Below, piece by piece: positions 34,794-44,372 of a DNA stretch of 60,301 nucleotides. Both the position numbers and the translations under genes were made by a program. The stretch is from Candidatus Falkowbacteria bacterium. GTDB lineage: Bacteria > Patescibacteriota > Patescibacteriia > Patescibacteriales > WJLG01. The notes below the pieces were generated by a model. That model saw nothing but the letters and a program-made list of their open reading frames with translations. It did not search any database and was not told the DNA's origin. The DNA lies in contig CAVVFV010000002.1 in the NCBI GenBank assembly GCA_963747695.1, forward strand, positions 1-60,301, written 5' to 3'. The number at the start of each line of letters is the position of its first letter. Within the stretch, counting starts at the first letter, position 1.

Positions 34794-35930
34794 GTGTCAA
34801 AAAATTACATTCTCGCCATTGCCACTTTGTTCGGCGCGATCACCGGCGCCGGGTTTTTCGCCGTGCCTTATGCGATCGCTCATGCCGGGATGGTGACCTT
34901 TTTGATTTACTTGCCGATCCTGGTGGTGATTCAGATTTTTTTGCATTTGCTTTTTGCCCGGCTGATCCTTTCCACCAAGACCAAACATCGCTTGCCCGGA
35001 TACGTGGAGATTTACGCGGGAAAGAAATACAAAAGCGTCGTTTCCTTTTTTTCTCTGATTTCCGGGTACGGAACTTTGCTCGCCTATGTTATCTTGGGCG
35101 GAATTTTCTTGTTCGGTTTGCTGGCGCCGCATTTCGGCGGCAGCCTGATCTTTTATTCGCTGGTATTGTTTTCCATTGAAGGGCTGATTGTTCTGGCCGA
35201 TATCAAGTTGATCTCGGGCGCCGAACTTGTCTTGAACGGTTTTTTGATCGTCGTGGTGGTAATGATCGCGATCAAGAGCTTCTTCCATCTGGACGTCGGT
35301 AATTTTTTAACGCTCAATTGGCGCCAAGTCTTGCTGCCTTATGGACCGATTTTTTTCGCCGTCGGCGGCGATGCGGCTATCCCCGAAGTCTGCCGGCTGC
35401 TTAGCAAAGAAAAACAAAATATCAAAGGGGCGATTATTTGGGGCACTATTTTGCCGGCCGTGATTTTATTGCTTTTTGTCCTGACGATGGTCGGCGTCAC
35501 CGGCGCCAACACCTCGGCTGATACTTTGTCGGGATTGCGCAGCGTTTTCAGCGACGGCGTGGTCACCCTGGCTCTGATTTTCGGCGTTCTCAATATTTTT
35601 ACGGCCGCCCTGGTGATGATGCAAGCGGTCAGGGAGATCTTTTGGTGGGATTTTAAGATCAATAAGAATCTGTCCTGGGCTTTTGTTTTTGCCTTGCCGA
35701 TAATTTTGTATCTTTTCAATTTCACCAACCTCACCGCCGTAGTCAGTATTACCGGCGCGGTGATGGGCGGCATCTTGGGCGTGGTCTTGGTCCTGCTCTT
35801 TCCAATTATGGAAAAAAGGCCGGAACAACATTCGGTTTTACGCACTTCGATCTCCCGTCCCTGGGCGATCGCTCTCTGTTCGCTCTTCATCCTCGGTTTG
35901 ATCAGCGAGCTGGCAAGATGGTTATTTTAA
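34794..35930 (+). CDS. Amino-acid permease-like membrane transporter (Trp/Tyr permease, HAAAP-like)
   Basis: GTG start. About 11 TM helices. N-terminal ILAIATLFGAITGAGFFAVPYAIAHAG resembles the HAAAP/Trp_Tyr_perm signature. Confidence 0.6.
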   Translation: MSKNYILAIATLFGAITGAGFFAVPYAIAHAGMVTFLIYLPILVVIQIFLHLLFARLILSTKTKHRLPGYVEIYAGKKYKSVVSFFSLISGYGTLLAYVILGGIFLFGLLAPHFGGSLIFYSLVLFSIEGLIVLADIKLISGAELVLNGFLIVVVVMIAIKSFFHLDVGNFLTLNWRQVLLPYGPIFFAVGGDAAIPEVCRLLSKEKQNIKGAIIWGTILPAVILLLFVLTMVGVTGANTSADTLSGLRSVFSDGVVTLALIFGVLNIFTAALVMMQAVREIFWWDFKINKNLSWAFVFALPIILYLFNFTNLTAVVSITGAVMGGILGVVLVLLFPIMEKRPEQHSVLRTSISRPWAIALCSLFILGLISELARWLF

Positions 35931-35943
35931 TTTTAAAAATGCT

Positions 35944-36024
35944 AATTAGTTATAATGCTAATTTTCGAATGATGCGAATTGCGCGAATATTCGTAGATTC
36001 GCATCATTCGCGAAATTAGCATTA
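35944..36024. repeat. Complete 'empty' palindromic repeat (both arms, 9-nt centre)
   Basis: The arms at 35944-35979 and 35989-36024 form an imperfect ~27-bp stem (aatgctaattttcgaatgatgcgaat / attcgcatcattcgcgaaattagcatt) centred on cgaat|attcg. The element ends 8 nt before ATG 36033. Confidence 0.9.
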
Positions 36025-36032
36025 GAATTTAC

Positions 36033-36524
36033 ATGAAGATTGCCATAATCTCCGACATCCATGACAATTTGGTTAACTTAAGAAAATGCTTGGCTTGGTG
36101 TGAGAAAAATAATATCGAAAAAATAATCTGCTGCGGCGACGTGACTAACGGCGAAACGCTCGGCATTTTGGCGGAAGAATTCGGCAAAGAAATCTTTTTA
36201 GTCCGCGGCAATTTGGAGATTTATGAGGAAGAAGAGATTGAACCGTATAAAAATTATACTTATGGCGGGCGGACGGCGATTTGGGAAATCGGCGGCAAGC
36301 GCGTCGGCGTCTGCCACGAACCGTTTTTGATCGACCAAGTACTGGCTAAAGGTAAGTGTGACATAGTTTTTTATGGCCACACGCATCAACCTTGGATCGA
36401 AGAAAAAAAAGGTATTCAGATCGTCAATCCTGGGACCTTGGGCGGCGTATTTACGCAAGCGACCTTCGCGGTCTGGGATACGGCCAGCGGAAAGCTGGAG
36501 TTAAAATTATTGAATAGCTTATAA
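36033..36524 (+). CDS. YfcE/MJ0936-family metallophosphoesterase
   Basis: MKIAIISDIHDN, CCGDV, RGNLE and YGHTHQP motifs, 163 aa. Confidence 0.85.
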   Translation: MKIAIISDIHDNLVNLRKCLAWCEKNNIEKIICCGDVTNGETLGILAEEFGKEIFLVRGNLEIYEEEEIEPYKNYTYGGRTAIWEIGGKRVGVCHEPFLIDQVLAKGKCDIVFYGHTHQPWIEEKKGIQIVNPGTLGGVFTQATFAVWDTASGKLELKLLNSL

Positions 36525-36544
36525 CGGTACAAATTTCACAAGAT

Positions 36545-38920
36545 ATGCCCGATCAAAATTATTCCGGATTATCATCGCTTGAAGCTCAAGCTCGATTGGA
36601 AAAATACGGTTTGAATGATGTCCAGGAAAGGAAAATCGGCTTGGTGAAGAAATTCCTGGCGCCGCTCTATTCGCCGATCTCTTTGATGCTTTTGGGTGCG
36701 GCGGTTTTATCGTATTTCAATGGCCGGGTTTTTGATTTTTATTTCATTATCGCTTTATACTTCGTAAATTATTCAGTGCAAAGATGGCAGGAATTCAAAG
36801 CCGATAAAGCGATTAAGGAATTGCAGAGCAAATTATCTTTTGATGTTTGGACCTGGCGCGACGATAAATGGGATTACGTCAATGCTAAACAGCTGGTGCC
36901 GGGCGATCGGATCCGGCTCGGCCTGGGCAGCATCATTCCAGCCGATGGCACTGTTTTATCGGCGAAGAATTTGTCGGTGAATGAGGCGGTGCTGACCGGA
37001 GAATCATTGCCCAAAGATAAGATTGCCGGCGACAAGATCTATTCCGGATCATTTACCGCCGCCGGAAATTTTGAAGCGGAAGTAACCGCTACCGGCAAGA
37101 ATACGGATTTCGGCAAAACGATCTTTTCCATCGAAGAGCGGAGCGAGAAAAGCATTTTGGAAAAAGATATTCTTCGGATCACCAGATTTCTGACCATCGT
37201 GAGTATCGTGAGCGTCATTATCCTTTCGATAGTTTTTTTGTTCAAAGGATATTCGATCACCGATCTTTTGACGCTTGATTTAAGTTTGGTCATTGCCGGC
37301 ATCCCGATCGCCTTGCCGGCGGTAATGGCGATCATCTTGAGTATCGGCGCCGCCGGTCTGGCCAAGAAGAACGTCGTAGTCCGGCGGCTTTCCGCTCTGC
37401 AGGACCTCGCCAACGTTAATCTGCTTTTAACCGATAAGACCGGAACCCTAACCAAGAATGAAATCAGAGTAGCCAATGTCATTTCTTATCAACCGGGTCT
37501 AAGTTCTGATGATCTGATTGAGCTCGCCAATTATGCCGCTTCGGCGGATATTCCCGACGCGATTGATTTGGCGATCACTGATAAATTCAAAGAAACCGGC
37601 CGGCCTGCCAGCACGGCCCAGATTTTACATTTCACGCCTTACGATTCGGATCGCAAGCGCTCCACCGCCTTAGTCCAAAAAGGCGAGGAAAAAATTTTGA
37701 TCAGCGTCGGCGCGCCGCAGGTGATCATCGGTTTTGATGAATTCGGCGCCAAGGAGACGGCCGATAAATTCGCCAAGGATATCAAAGATGCCGCCGCCGA
37801 AGGTTATCGGGTTCTGGCCGTGGCCGCCAAGAAAGACGGCGAAGAGGAAAAACATATGAAGATCGCCGGGCTGCTATTCCTGGCCGATCCGCTCGACGAG
37901 ACTTCCAAAGAAACTTTGCAGTTTATGCGGCAGAACGGCATTGCCGTCAAGATGCTGACTGGCGACAACATCATCATTGCCGAAAGGATCGCCAAAGAAT
38001 TGGAATTCTCCGGCGAGGTTTTAGTCGCCGCTGAAGCCAGAAAACTCTACGAAAAGAAGAAAAATTTCCAGAAAAAATTAAATGATATCGCGGTTTTTGC
38101 CGAAATTTTACCCCAGGATAAATACGAGATCGTCAAAACTTTCAAGAAGAAATATATCGTGGCGGTAACCGGCGACGGGATCAATGATCTGCCGGCGCTG
38201 AAGATTGCCAATGTCGGTATCGCCGTTTCCAACGCGGTCAGCGCTTTGAAAAGCCTAGCCGACATCGTGCTCTTGGGAGAAGGCTTAACCGTGATCCGCG
38301 ACGCGATCATCGAATCGCGGAAAATTTTCGTTCGGCTTTATAATTATACGGTTTACCGTATTTCCGAAAGTTTCCGCCTGATCATCACTATTTTAATTTT
38401 AGGTTTGTGGTATGGCGCTTACCCGCTCGAGCCTTTGCAGATCATTCTGCTTGCTTTCTTAAACGATATTCCGATCATTTCTTTGGCGTTCGACCGGGTA
38501 AAGATCGCGGCCAAACCTTCCGAAATTCAGGCCAAGCAGAGGCTGGTCTTGAGCATCTTGTTCGGTTCGGTGGGAACTCTGAACAGCCTCATCTTTTTTT
38601 TCCTGTTGACCAGCGTGATCCATTTCTCGCCGCCGGCGATTATGACGATGTTTTTTCTCAAGCTGACCGTTTCCGGCCACGCGCTGATCTTCGTCGCTCA
38701 CACCAAAGAGCGCTGGTTCAAATTTTTGCCGAGCAAGCAAGTGATCATCGCCACAGTGACGACCCAGATTATCGCGACGATTCTCGCCTTGACCGGCTTT
38801 ATGATGCCGGTGGGAATCTCGATCGTCTCGGTGATCTTTGTCTGGGTTTGGGCGGCTTTTTGGATGCAGATTAGCGAATTGATGAAAGATTTGCAGGCTA
38901 AATATATTAAAATAAAATAA
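36545..38920 (+). CDS. P-type cation-transporting ATPase, likely type IIIA (proton-efflux-like)
   Basis: DKTGTLT phosphorylation site, MLTGDN, FAEILPQDKYEIVK and VTGDGINDLPALK, with ~10 TM segments. The length and the DKYEIV motif resemble H+-ATPases. Confidence 0.85.
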   Translation: MPDQNYSGLSSLEAQARLEKYGLNDVQERKIGLVKKFLAPLYSPISLMLLGAAVLSYFNGRVFDFYFIIALYFVNYSVQRWQEFKADKAIKELQSKLSFDVWTWRDDKWDYVNAKQLVPGDRIRLGLGSIIPADGTVLSAKNLSVNEAVLTGESLPKDKIAGDKIYSGSFTAAGNFEAEVTATGKNTDFGKTIFSIEERSEKSILEKDILRITRFLTIVSIVSVIILSIVFLFKGYSITDLLTLDLSLVIAGIPIALPAVMAIILSIGAAGLAKKNVVVRRLSALQDLANVNLLLTDKTGTLTKNEIRVANVISYQPGLSSDDLIELANYAASADIPDAIDLAITDKFKETGRPASTAQILHFTPYDSDRKRSTALVQKGEEKILISVGAPQVIIGFDEFGAKETADKFAKDIKDAAAEGYRVLAVAAKKDGEEEKHMKIAGLLFLADPLDETSKETLQFMRQNGIAVKMLTGDNIIIAERIAKELEFSGEVLVAAEARKLYEKKKNFQKKLNDIAVFAEILPQDKYEIVKTFKKKYIVAVTGDGINDLPALKIANVGIAVSNAVSALKSLADIVLLGEGLTVIRDAIIESRKIFVRLYNYTVYRISESFRLIITILILGLWYGAYPLEPLQIILLAFLNDIPIISLAFDRVKIAAKPSEIQAKQRLVLSILFGSVGTLNSLIFFFLLTSVIHFSPPAIMTMFFLKLTVSGHALIFVAHTKERWFKFLPSKQVIIATVTTQIIATILALTGFMMPVGISIVSVIFVWVWAAFWMQISELMKDLQAKYIKIK

Positions 38921-38922
38921 AT

Positions 38923-39708
38923 ATGAATATCGATCATCAAATCAAACAAATAGCGATCACGGCGGCTAAGAAAGCCGGCAAAGAGCTTGCAGCGGAATAT
39001 TTTCGCTTCAATCGTAAGGACGTCCAAATGAAATCGCGTTTTGAAATTTTGACCCGCGCGGATTTGTTGAGCGAAGAGATTATTTTAAAAGAAGTGAGGA
39101 AAAATTTTCCCCATCATCATATTCTTTCCGAAGAGACCGGCGATAATAAAGTTGAGTCTGATTATTTTTGGATCATCGATCCGCTCGATGGTACGACTAA
39201 TTTTTTCATCCATGATCCGATCTGGTCGATTTCCATCGCCGTGGCCTATCAGGGCGAATTGATCCTGGGAATCGTCTACGCTCCGATCTTGGACGAATTT
39301 TATTTGGCGGAAAAGGGAGAAGGCGCGACGCTGAACGGCCGGGCGATCAATGTTTCGACCATCGCTAAAAATCAGGTGCTGAATTTATTCTGTCACGGGC
39401 ATAACGAGCCAGGGATAAAAAAAGCCGTGAAATATTATGCTTACCAGAAGCTGCGCGGTTTTGACTGCCGCCAATTAGGTTCGGCCGCCTTGGAATTGGC
39501 TTATACCGCGGCCGGCCGAGTCGAATCGATCGCCATTGCCGGCGCTGACGTTTATGATGTGGCCGCCGGAGTATTGCTAGTCAAAGAGGCGGGCGGCAGG
39601 GTTACCGATTTAAAAAATGTTGACTGGAATATTGCGAGCATGGATATGATCGCCTCTAATGGCAAAATTCATTCGGATATTTTAAGCGTTTTTAGGAAAT
39701 TAAGGTAA
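38923..39708 (+). CDS. Inositol monophosphatase family protein (SuhB-like)
   Basis: ILSEE, WIIDPLDGTTNF and the typical C-terminal GG.V.D motifs, 261 aa. Confidence 0.85.
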   Translation: MNIDHQIKQIAITAAKKAGKELAAEYFRFNRKDVQMKSRFEILTRADLLSEEIILKEVRKNFPHHHILSEETGDNKVESDYFWIIDPLDGTTNFFIHDPIWSISIAVAYQGELILGIVYAPILDEFYLAEKGEGATLNGRAINVSTIAKNQVLNLFCHGHNEPGIKKAVKYYAYQKLRGFDCRQLGSAALELAYTAAGRVESIAIAGADVYDVAAGVLLVKEAGGRVTDLKNVDWNIASMDMIASNGKIHSDILSVFRKLR

Positions 39709-39712
39709 GGTC

Positions 39713-39741
39713 TTGACAGCGCCGGCGAATTATCATATCAT
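39713..39741 (+). promoter_or_regulatory. Consensus-like sigma70 promoter with no protein gene downstream
   Basis: TTGACA (39713-39718), a 17-nt spacer, then TATCAT (39736-39741). The next convincing CDS downstream is on the opposite strand. Confidence 0.5.
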
Positions 39742-39747
39742 TCTTTA

Positions 39748-39837
39748 CACTTGGTTGTTCTCTTCCCTGTAAATGACTAGGGGACTGGACATGGGCCTTG
39801 TTGAACGAACGATCGTTTGGCAAGGCCTCTTTTATTT
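39748..39837 (+). ncRNA. Candidate small RNA 1 (promoter to terminator, ~90 nt)
   Basis: Begins ~7 nt after the -10 at 39736-41. Ends in hairpin GGCCTTG...CAAGGCC (39794-39827) plus a U-rich tail. The 3' 37 nt are paralogous to 40045-40082. Confidence 0.3.
39794..39837 (+). terminator. Terminator T1 in the non-coding cluster
   Basis: GGCCTTG (39794-39800) pairs with CAAGGCC (39821-39827), followed by TCTTTTATTT. The loop contains the palindrome AACGATCGTT. Confidence 0.6.
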
Positions 39838-40071
39838 GCTATGATTATTTTGGTTCCTTAACCTCTTTTCTGAATAGGAAAAGAGAAATCAGCATTTCAA
39901 CCCCTTTAACCAGGAGTGGATTATGCGTCAATTTACCATCGGCCAAAATATTGGCCCCCCGGCGATCCTTATCGCCCAATCAAGCGCACGGTAAAAGAAA
40001 AACGCCGTGGAATTGCTTATCGGGCTTTGCCAAAGACGAAGGAATCGTTTTGGCAAGGCCCCTTATTTTTT
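39838..40071 (+). ncRNA. Candidate structured RNA 2 (~230 nt) with five stem-loops
   Basis: Perfect hairpins at 39863-39885 (8 bp), 39941-39956 (6 bp), 39961-39976 (6 bp) and 39987-40009 (5 bp). A 13-bp terminator stem lies at 40022-40061, followed by a T-run. It contains a 23-codon ORF (39923-39994) with AGGAG, but that ORF is spanned by the hairpins. Confidence 0.35.
40022..40071 (+). terminator. Terminator T2 in the non-coding cluster
   Basis: Thirteen-bp stem GGGCTTTGCCAAA/TTTGGCAAGGCCC (one G-U) with a 14-nt loop, followed by CTTATTTTTT. Confidence 0.8.
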
Positions 40072-40377
40072 GCTCATTATTAAAATTAGTTCAAAGATTA
40101 TCCCCTCTAAAAAGGGGCGTTAGCCAAATAAACCTCCCACTTTCAGCTAGAAAGGACAGCCGTCTATGATTGCGAAAATCGTAGCCACAAGGACGCAGTC
40201 CCCATCGCGCGCATGCGCATGAAGCAAACCGGCATTACTAATGAAAGGAAGGTTACGGTGAGACGCAAACTCCCGCCGTCGAGGGATTCCCCGCCAGAAT
40301 AATAGTTTCGGGCAATATCCGATAATCAGTCGGAAGCCAGCGGAAGCAAGACACCATGTTTGCTTCCGTTTTATTTT
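40072..40377 (+). ncRNA. Candidate structured RNA 3 (~300 nt)
   Basis: Hairpins at 40102-40117 and 40163-40183, and a GCGCATGCGC palindrome. A terminal 9-bp stem CGGAAGCAA/TTGCTTCCG (40341-40368) is followed by TTTTATTTT. Only 14-18-codon ORFs are present. Confidence 0.25.
40341..40377 (+). terminator. Terminator T3 in the non-coding cluster
   Basis: CGGAAGCAA-gacaccatgt-TTGCTTCCG followed by TTTTATTTT. Confidence 0.8.
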
Positions 40378-40400
40378 ATAAAAGTCGTGGTATTGACAGA

Positions 40401-40499
40401 TTTTTAAATATCCAATATCAAATAATAAATATCCAAAAAATATTATAATATTTAAATATTTTTTAAAATATTGGTTATTTGATATTGGATATTTAAAAA
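40401..40499. repeat. Large AT-rich inverted repeat with perfect 25-bp arms
   Basis: tttttaaatatccaatatcaaataa (40401-40425) pairs with ttatttgatattggatatttaaaaa (40475-40499). The loop is 49 nt and the motif AAATATCCAA recurs. Confidence 0.9.
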
Positions 40500-40523
40500 C
40501 GCCGGCATTACGCCAGCGTTTTA
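40495..40523 (-). terminator. Terminator after uvrA (usable in both directions)
   Basis: AACGCCGGC-attac-GCCAGCGTT (1 mismatch), flanked by AAAAA and TTTT. Confidence 0.7.
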
Positions 40524-40533
40524 TAATTTAAGC

Positions 40534-40555
40534 TCTTATCTCTTCTCTCTTAATT
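40534..40555. repeat. 22-nt CT-rich repeat, copy 2 (overlaps uvrA stop codon)
   Basis: tcttatctcttctctcttaatt is identical to 19435-19456. Confidence 0.85.
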
Positions 40556-43429
40556 TATTATCTTACTTAGGTATTGCCCGGTATAGCTTTTCTTCACTTT
40601 AGCCACCTGGACCGGCGTGCCTTGCGCGACGATCTCGCCGCCTTTGTCGCCGCCTTCGGGGCCAAGGTCGATGATCCAGTCGACTGATTTGATCACTTCC
40701 ATATTATGTTCGATGATCAAGACCGTATTGCCGCGGTCGACCAGTTTATTCAAGACTTCCAAAAGATTCTTGATATCGTCGAAATGCAAACCGGTGGTCG
40801 GTTCGTCCAAAATATAAAGCGTGCGGCCGGTAGCGCGGCGGGATAATTCGGTAGCCAGTTTGACGCGCTGCGCTTCGCCGCCGGATAAAGTCGTAGCCGA
40901 TTGGCCGACTTTGATATAACCCAAGCCGACTTCGTTCAACATCGCGATTTTTTGGTAGATCGCCGGGACGTTTTCGAAGAAAGTCATCGCTTCCTCAATC
41001 GTCATATCCAAGACATCATAAATATTTTTGCCTTTGTAATAAATTTCCAAAGCTTCCTTGTTGTATCTTTTGCCGTGGCAGACTTCGCACTCGACATAAA
41101 CGTCGGGCAAGAATTGCATTTCGATCTGCACCATCCCGTCGCCGGCGCAGGCTTCGCAGCGGCCGCCCGGAACATTGAAAGAAAATCTTCCCGCATTGTA
41201 GCCGCGGATCTTGGCTTCGGGGAGCGAAGCGAACAGATCGCGGATCGGCGTGAAAGCGCCGGTATAAGTAGCCGGGTTGGAGCGGGGCGTTCGGCCGATC
41301 GGCGACTGATCGATATCGATAACTTTATCGATCGCATGCAAGCCTTCGATCCGGTCATATTTGCCCGGTTCTTCTTTGGCGCCGTAAAAGAATTTGGATA
41401 AATAACGGGCGAGGATATCGTTCATCAAAGTGGATTTGCCCGACCCGGAAACTCCGGTGATGGCGATGAATTTGCCGAGCGGGAATTCCACGTCGATATT
41501 TTTCAGATTATTTTCCCGGGCGCCGATGATCTTTAATGTCTGGCCGGAACCGTGCCGGTATTTTTCCGCGACCGGAATGAATTTCTTTCCCGATAAATAT
41601 TGGCCGGTCAAGGACTTGGGATTGGCTTCGATCTGGGCGGGCGTTCCCACGGCGATGATTTCGCCGCCGTGAATGCCGGCTCGCGGGCCGACATCGACGA
41701 CATAATCGGCGGAGCGGATCGTCTCTTCATCATGCTCGACGACGATCACGCTATTGCCCAAATCGCGCAGTTCTTTCAGGGTGCTGATCAATTTGGAATT
41801 GTCGCGCTGATGCAAGCCGATCGAAGGTTCATCGAGGATGTACAGAACTCCGACCAAGGCAGAGCCGATCTGCGTCGCCAAACGGATGCGCTGGGCTTCG
41901 CCGCCGGATAAGGTCATCGCGGCGCGGTCAAGCGTCAGATAATCCAAGCCGACATTGGACAAGAATAACAGCCGGGCGCTGATCTCTTTCAAGATTTGCG
42001 CTGAGATTTTTTTGTCTTTGGCCGTCAGGTTTTTGGAAATCAATAAAGCGCTGAAGAATTTTTTGGCTTCGTCGATATTCTTGACGGAAATGTCGTTGAT
42101 ATTCAGACCCTCGATCTTTACGCCCAAAACTTCCGGTTTCAAACGCTTGCCGCCGCAGGTGGGGCAGACCAAGACGCGCATATATTTGCCGATCTCTTTG
42201 CGGACATAATCAGAATCAGTCTGCTGATAGCGGCGTTCCAGATTGGGGATCACGCCTTCGAAATTGGTGACCAGTTCGCCGGAAAAACGATCGGATTCAT
42301 AATCCATCCGGTAATCTTTCTTGCCCGTGCCGTATAACAAAATATCCAGTTGATTCTTGGTAAAATCCTTGAGCGGCGTATTGAGATCAAAACCATATTC
42401 TTCGCCGACCGTGCCCAAAATGCGCAGCAGCCAAGTCTGCGGACCGTTGATGGCGTGCGACATCGGCCGGATCGCTCCTTGCGCCAGAGTCAGATTCTTA
42501 TTGATGATCGTATCGGCGTCGATTTCCAATTTTGTGCCGAGCCCATCGCAGGAAGGACAAGCGCCGTGCGGCGTATTGAAAGAAAAATTGCGCGGCTCCA
42601 ATTCCACCATGGAGATGCCGCAATCGGGGCAGGCGAATTGTTTGGAAAAAATCCGTTCCTCTTCCGGCCGGACATGGTCATTCTTGTCATAGGGCGCGAT
42701 GATCACCAAGCCATTCGACATATCCAGCGCCTTCTCGACCGATTCGGTCAGGCGCGCGGTCTCTTCCTTGCCGGCTTCGACTTTGATCTTATCGATGACG
42801 ATTTCCACCGAATGTTTTTTTTGTTTGTCGATTTCCATATCTTCCAGATCTTCCAAGGTGTAAATTTTTCCATCAAAGCGCACCGAACCGAAACCGGCCT
42901 TGGCGATTCCCTCGATGATGTTGCGATGTTCGCCCTTCTTGTCTTTGACGATCGGGGAAAGGATCATCGCCAGCTGTCCGACATAATGTTTGTCGATCTG
43001 CTCGACAATTTCATCGACCGTATATTTTTTTACTTTCTTACCGCAGATCGGGCAATGCGGGACGCCGATGCGGGCGTAAAGCAATCTCAAGTAATCATAA
43101 ATTTCCGTCACCGTGCCGACGGTGGAGCGGGGATTGTGCGAAGCGGTTTTCTGGTCGATGGAAATGGCCGGCGAAAGTCCGTCGATCTGATCGACATCCG
43201 GCTTGTCCATCAAGCCGATGAATTGGCGGGCGTAAGCGGAAAGCGATTCGACATAGCGGCGCTGGCCTTCGGCATAGAGCGTGTCAAAAGCCAAACTCGA
43301 TTTGCCCGAGCCGGAAAGTCCGGTGATGACGACCAGTTTGTCGCGCGGAATTTCCAGTGAGACATTTTTTAAATTGTGAACGCGCGCACCCTTGATCTTG
43401 ATGACTTTATTGTTCTGCGGCTTACTCAT
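40550..43429 (-). CDS. uvrA: Excinuclease ABC subunit A
   Basis: Two ABC modules ([18 protein letters not shown]; LSGGEAQR twice) and CxxC zinc modules. Start ATG 43429 ([22 protein letters not shown]); an alternative GTG lies at 43450. Confidence 0.95.
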   Translation of the reverse strand: MSKPQNNKVIKIKGARVHNLKNVSLEIPRDKLVVITGLSGSGKSSLAFDTLYAEGQRRYVESLSAYARQFIGLMDKPDVDQIDGLSPAISIDQKTASHNPRSTVGTVTEIYDYLRLLYARIGVPHCPICGKKVKKYTVDEIVEQIDKHYVGQLAMILSPIVKDKKGEHRNIIEGIAKAGFGSVRFDGKIYTLEDLEDMEIDKQKKHSVEIVIDKIKVEAGKEETARLTESVEKALDMSNGLVIIAPYDKNDHVRPEEERIFSKQFACPDCGISMVELEPRNFSFNTPHGACPSCDGLGTKLEIDADTIINKNLTLAQGAIRPMSHAINGPQTWLLRILGTVGEEYGFDLNTPLKDFTKNQLDILLYGTGKKDYRMDYESDRFSGELVTNFEGVIPNLERRYQQTDSDYVRKEIGKYMRVLVCPTCGGKRLKPEVLGVKIEGLNINDISVKNIDEAKKFFSALLISKNLTAKDKKISAQILKEISARLLFLSNVGLDYLTLDRAAMTLSGGEAQRIRLATQIGSALVGVLYILDEPSIGLHQRDNSKLISTLKELRDLGNSVIVVEHDEETIRSADYVVDVGPRAGIHGGEIIAVGTPAQIEANPKSLTGQYLSGKKFIPVAEKYRHGSGQTLKIIGARENNLKNIDVEFPLGKFIAITGVSGSGKSTLMNDILARYLSKFFYGAKEEPGKYDRIEGLHAIDKVIDIDQSPIGRTPRSNPATYTGAFTPIRDLFASLPEAKIRGYNAGRFSFNVPGGRCEACAGDGMVQIEMQFLPDVYVECEVCHGKRYNKEALEIYYKGKNIYDVLDMTIEEAMTFFENVPAIYQKIAMLNEVGLGYIKVGQSATTLSGGEAQRVKLATELSRRATGRTLYILDEPTTGLHFDDIKNLLEVLNKLVDRGNTVLIIEHNMEVIKSVDWIIDLGPEGGDKGGEIVAQGTPVQVAKVKKSYTGQYLSKIIN

Positions 43430-43575
43430 AAATTTAATTGAAATTTTCACTCTCGTCCGAGCGGAGCGGCGCGAAATTGAGAGTTAAGGGGTTATTTACT
43501 AAATGGTTAGTATATACCAAAAAGGCGGTTGGCGCAAGAGCGCCGACAGCTTTGAGCCGTTAAAATGACCAAGGA

Positions 43576-43604
43576 TTGACAAGTATCGCCTTATTTGTTA
43601 TGGT
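43576..43604 (+). promoter_or_regulatory. Sigma70-like promoter of 43652..44317
   Basis: TTGACA (43576-43581), 17 nt, TATGGT (43599-43604). Confidence 0.55.
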
Positions 43605-43651
43605 GTGAAGCGGCTCTTTTTTTCACAAATTCTTCTTAGAAGGAGTATCAG

Positions 43652-44317
43652 ATGAATATTTCCTCGATTAAGAACGCGTACGAGCTTACCCGGCAAGATC
43701 AGCGGACTGGCTTGATATTGTATCGCGCTGTCCGGCATCATTATCCCGGGATCGGCTCGGCGGTCGAAGAATTAACGGTTTTACGCAAGATCAATGACGA
43801 AAGCCGGTGGCCTTTCTTTGAAACCAAATTTCCCCGGCTGGTCAATCTGCGCCATGACCGATGTTCGTTCATCGTTCATCGCAAATGGCTGGAAACCGCA
43901 TTCATCGCAAGCGATAAAACAATCCGGTTTATCACGAACGTGGTAGTCGAGTCCGCCGGATTGATCGATCCGAAATTGACGCTCACGGCATTCATTTGCC
44001 CGTCCGACCGGCGATATGGTTATTGGAATTCGTCTGAGGATCGCGACGGCTTGTTGCCGATTGAGGCGATCAAGAAGATGATTGTCAAAGAGTTCTATCA
44101 GCCGGTGATCGAAAAATTGATTTTGAATCACGACCTGCAGATCCTTTCCGCCGACATTCATGAGCTCGTCAACGATTTTTTGGCCGGAATCGCGGATAAA
44201 CGGGCGGGGATGCAAAGTTTCTCCCGCCAGGTATTCGAAACGGCCAAGGATCTGGAAGGCTTGGCCGTGAAGGTAAAAGAAAGCTACCAGGAAGATCCGG
44301 AACCGGTAACCCGTTGA
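43652..44317 (+). CDS. Hypothetical cytoplasmic protein (221 aa)
   Basis: Promoter at 43576-43604 and AAGGAG RBS before ATG 43652. No recognisable motif. Confidence 0.65.
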   Translation: MNISSIKNAYELTRQDQRTGLILYRAVRHHYPGIGSAVEELTVLRKINDESRWPFFETKFPRLVNLRHDRCSFIVHRKWLETAFIASDKTIRFITNVVVESAGLIDPKLTLTAFICPSDRRYGYWNSSEDRDGLLPIEAIKKMIVKEFYQPVIEKLILNHDLQILSADIHELVNDFLAGIADKRAGMQSFSRQVFETAKDLEGLAVKVKESYQEDPEPVTR

Positions 44318-44372
44318 AGCGAATCGTTTGATTTTATTTCCCGCTTAAGCCGATTAACCAAGGGAGGGTGTC

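Noticed and set aside
39798-40169. 123-aa ORF in the supplied track as a protein-coding gene
   Set aside because: It starts at TTG without an RBS. It runs straight through two strong intrinsic terminators and several perfect hairpins. Its composition is implausible (Ser/Leu/Arg/Pro-rich). The region is better explained as non-coding structured RNA.
40072-40377. Identification of unit 3 as tmRNA, RNase P RNA, SRP RNA or 6S RNA
   Set aside because: I could not find the diagnostic motifs. These are the GGAAAGUCC / ACAGAA..CGGCUUA P4 strands, the tRNA-like acceptor/T-arm with an alanine tag ORF, and the GGAA-tetraloop helix 8 with AGCA symmetric loop. The region remains unassigned.
40401-40499. 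Replication origin (AT-rich, repeated ATATCCAA motifs resembling DnaA boxes)
   Set aside because: The motifs differ from TTATCCACA at key positions. There is no dnaA or dnaN nearby, and the element is a simple hairpin between a terminator and non-coding DNA.
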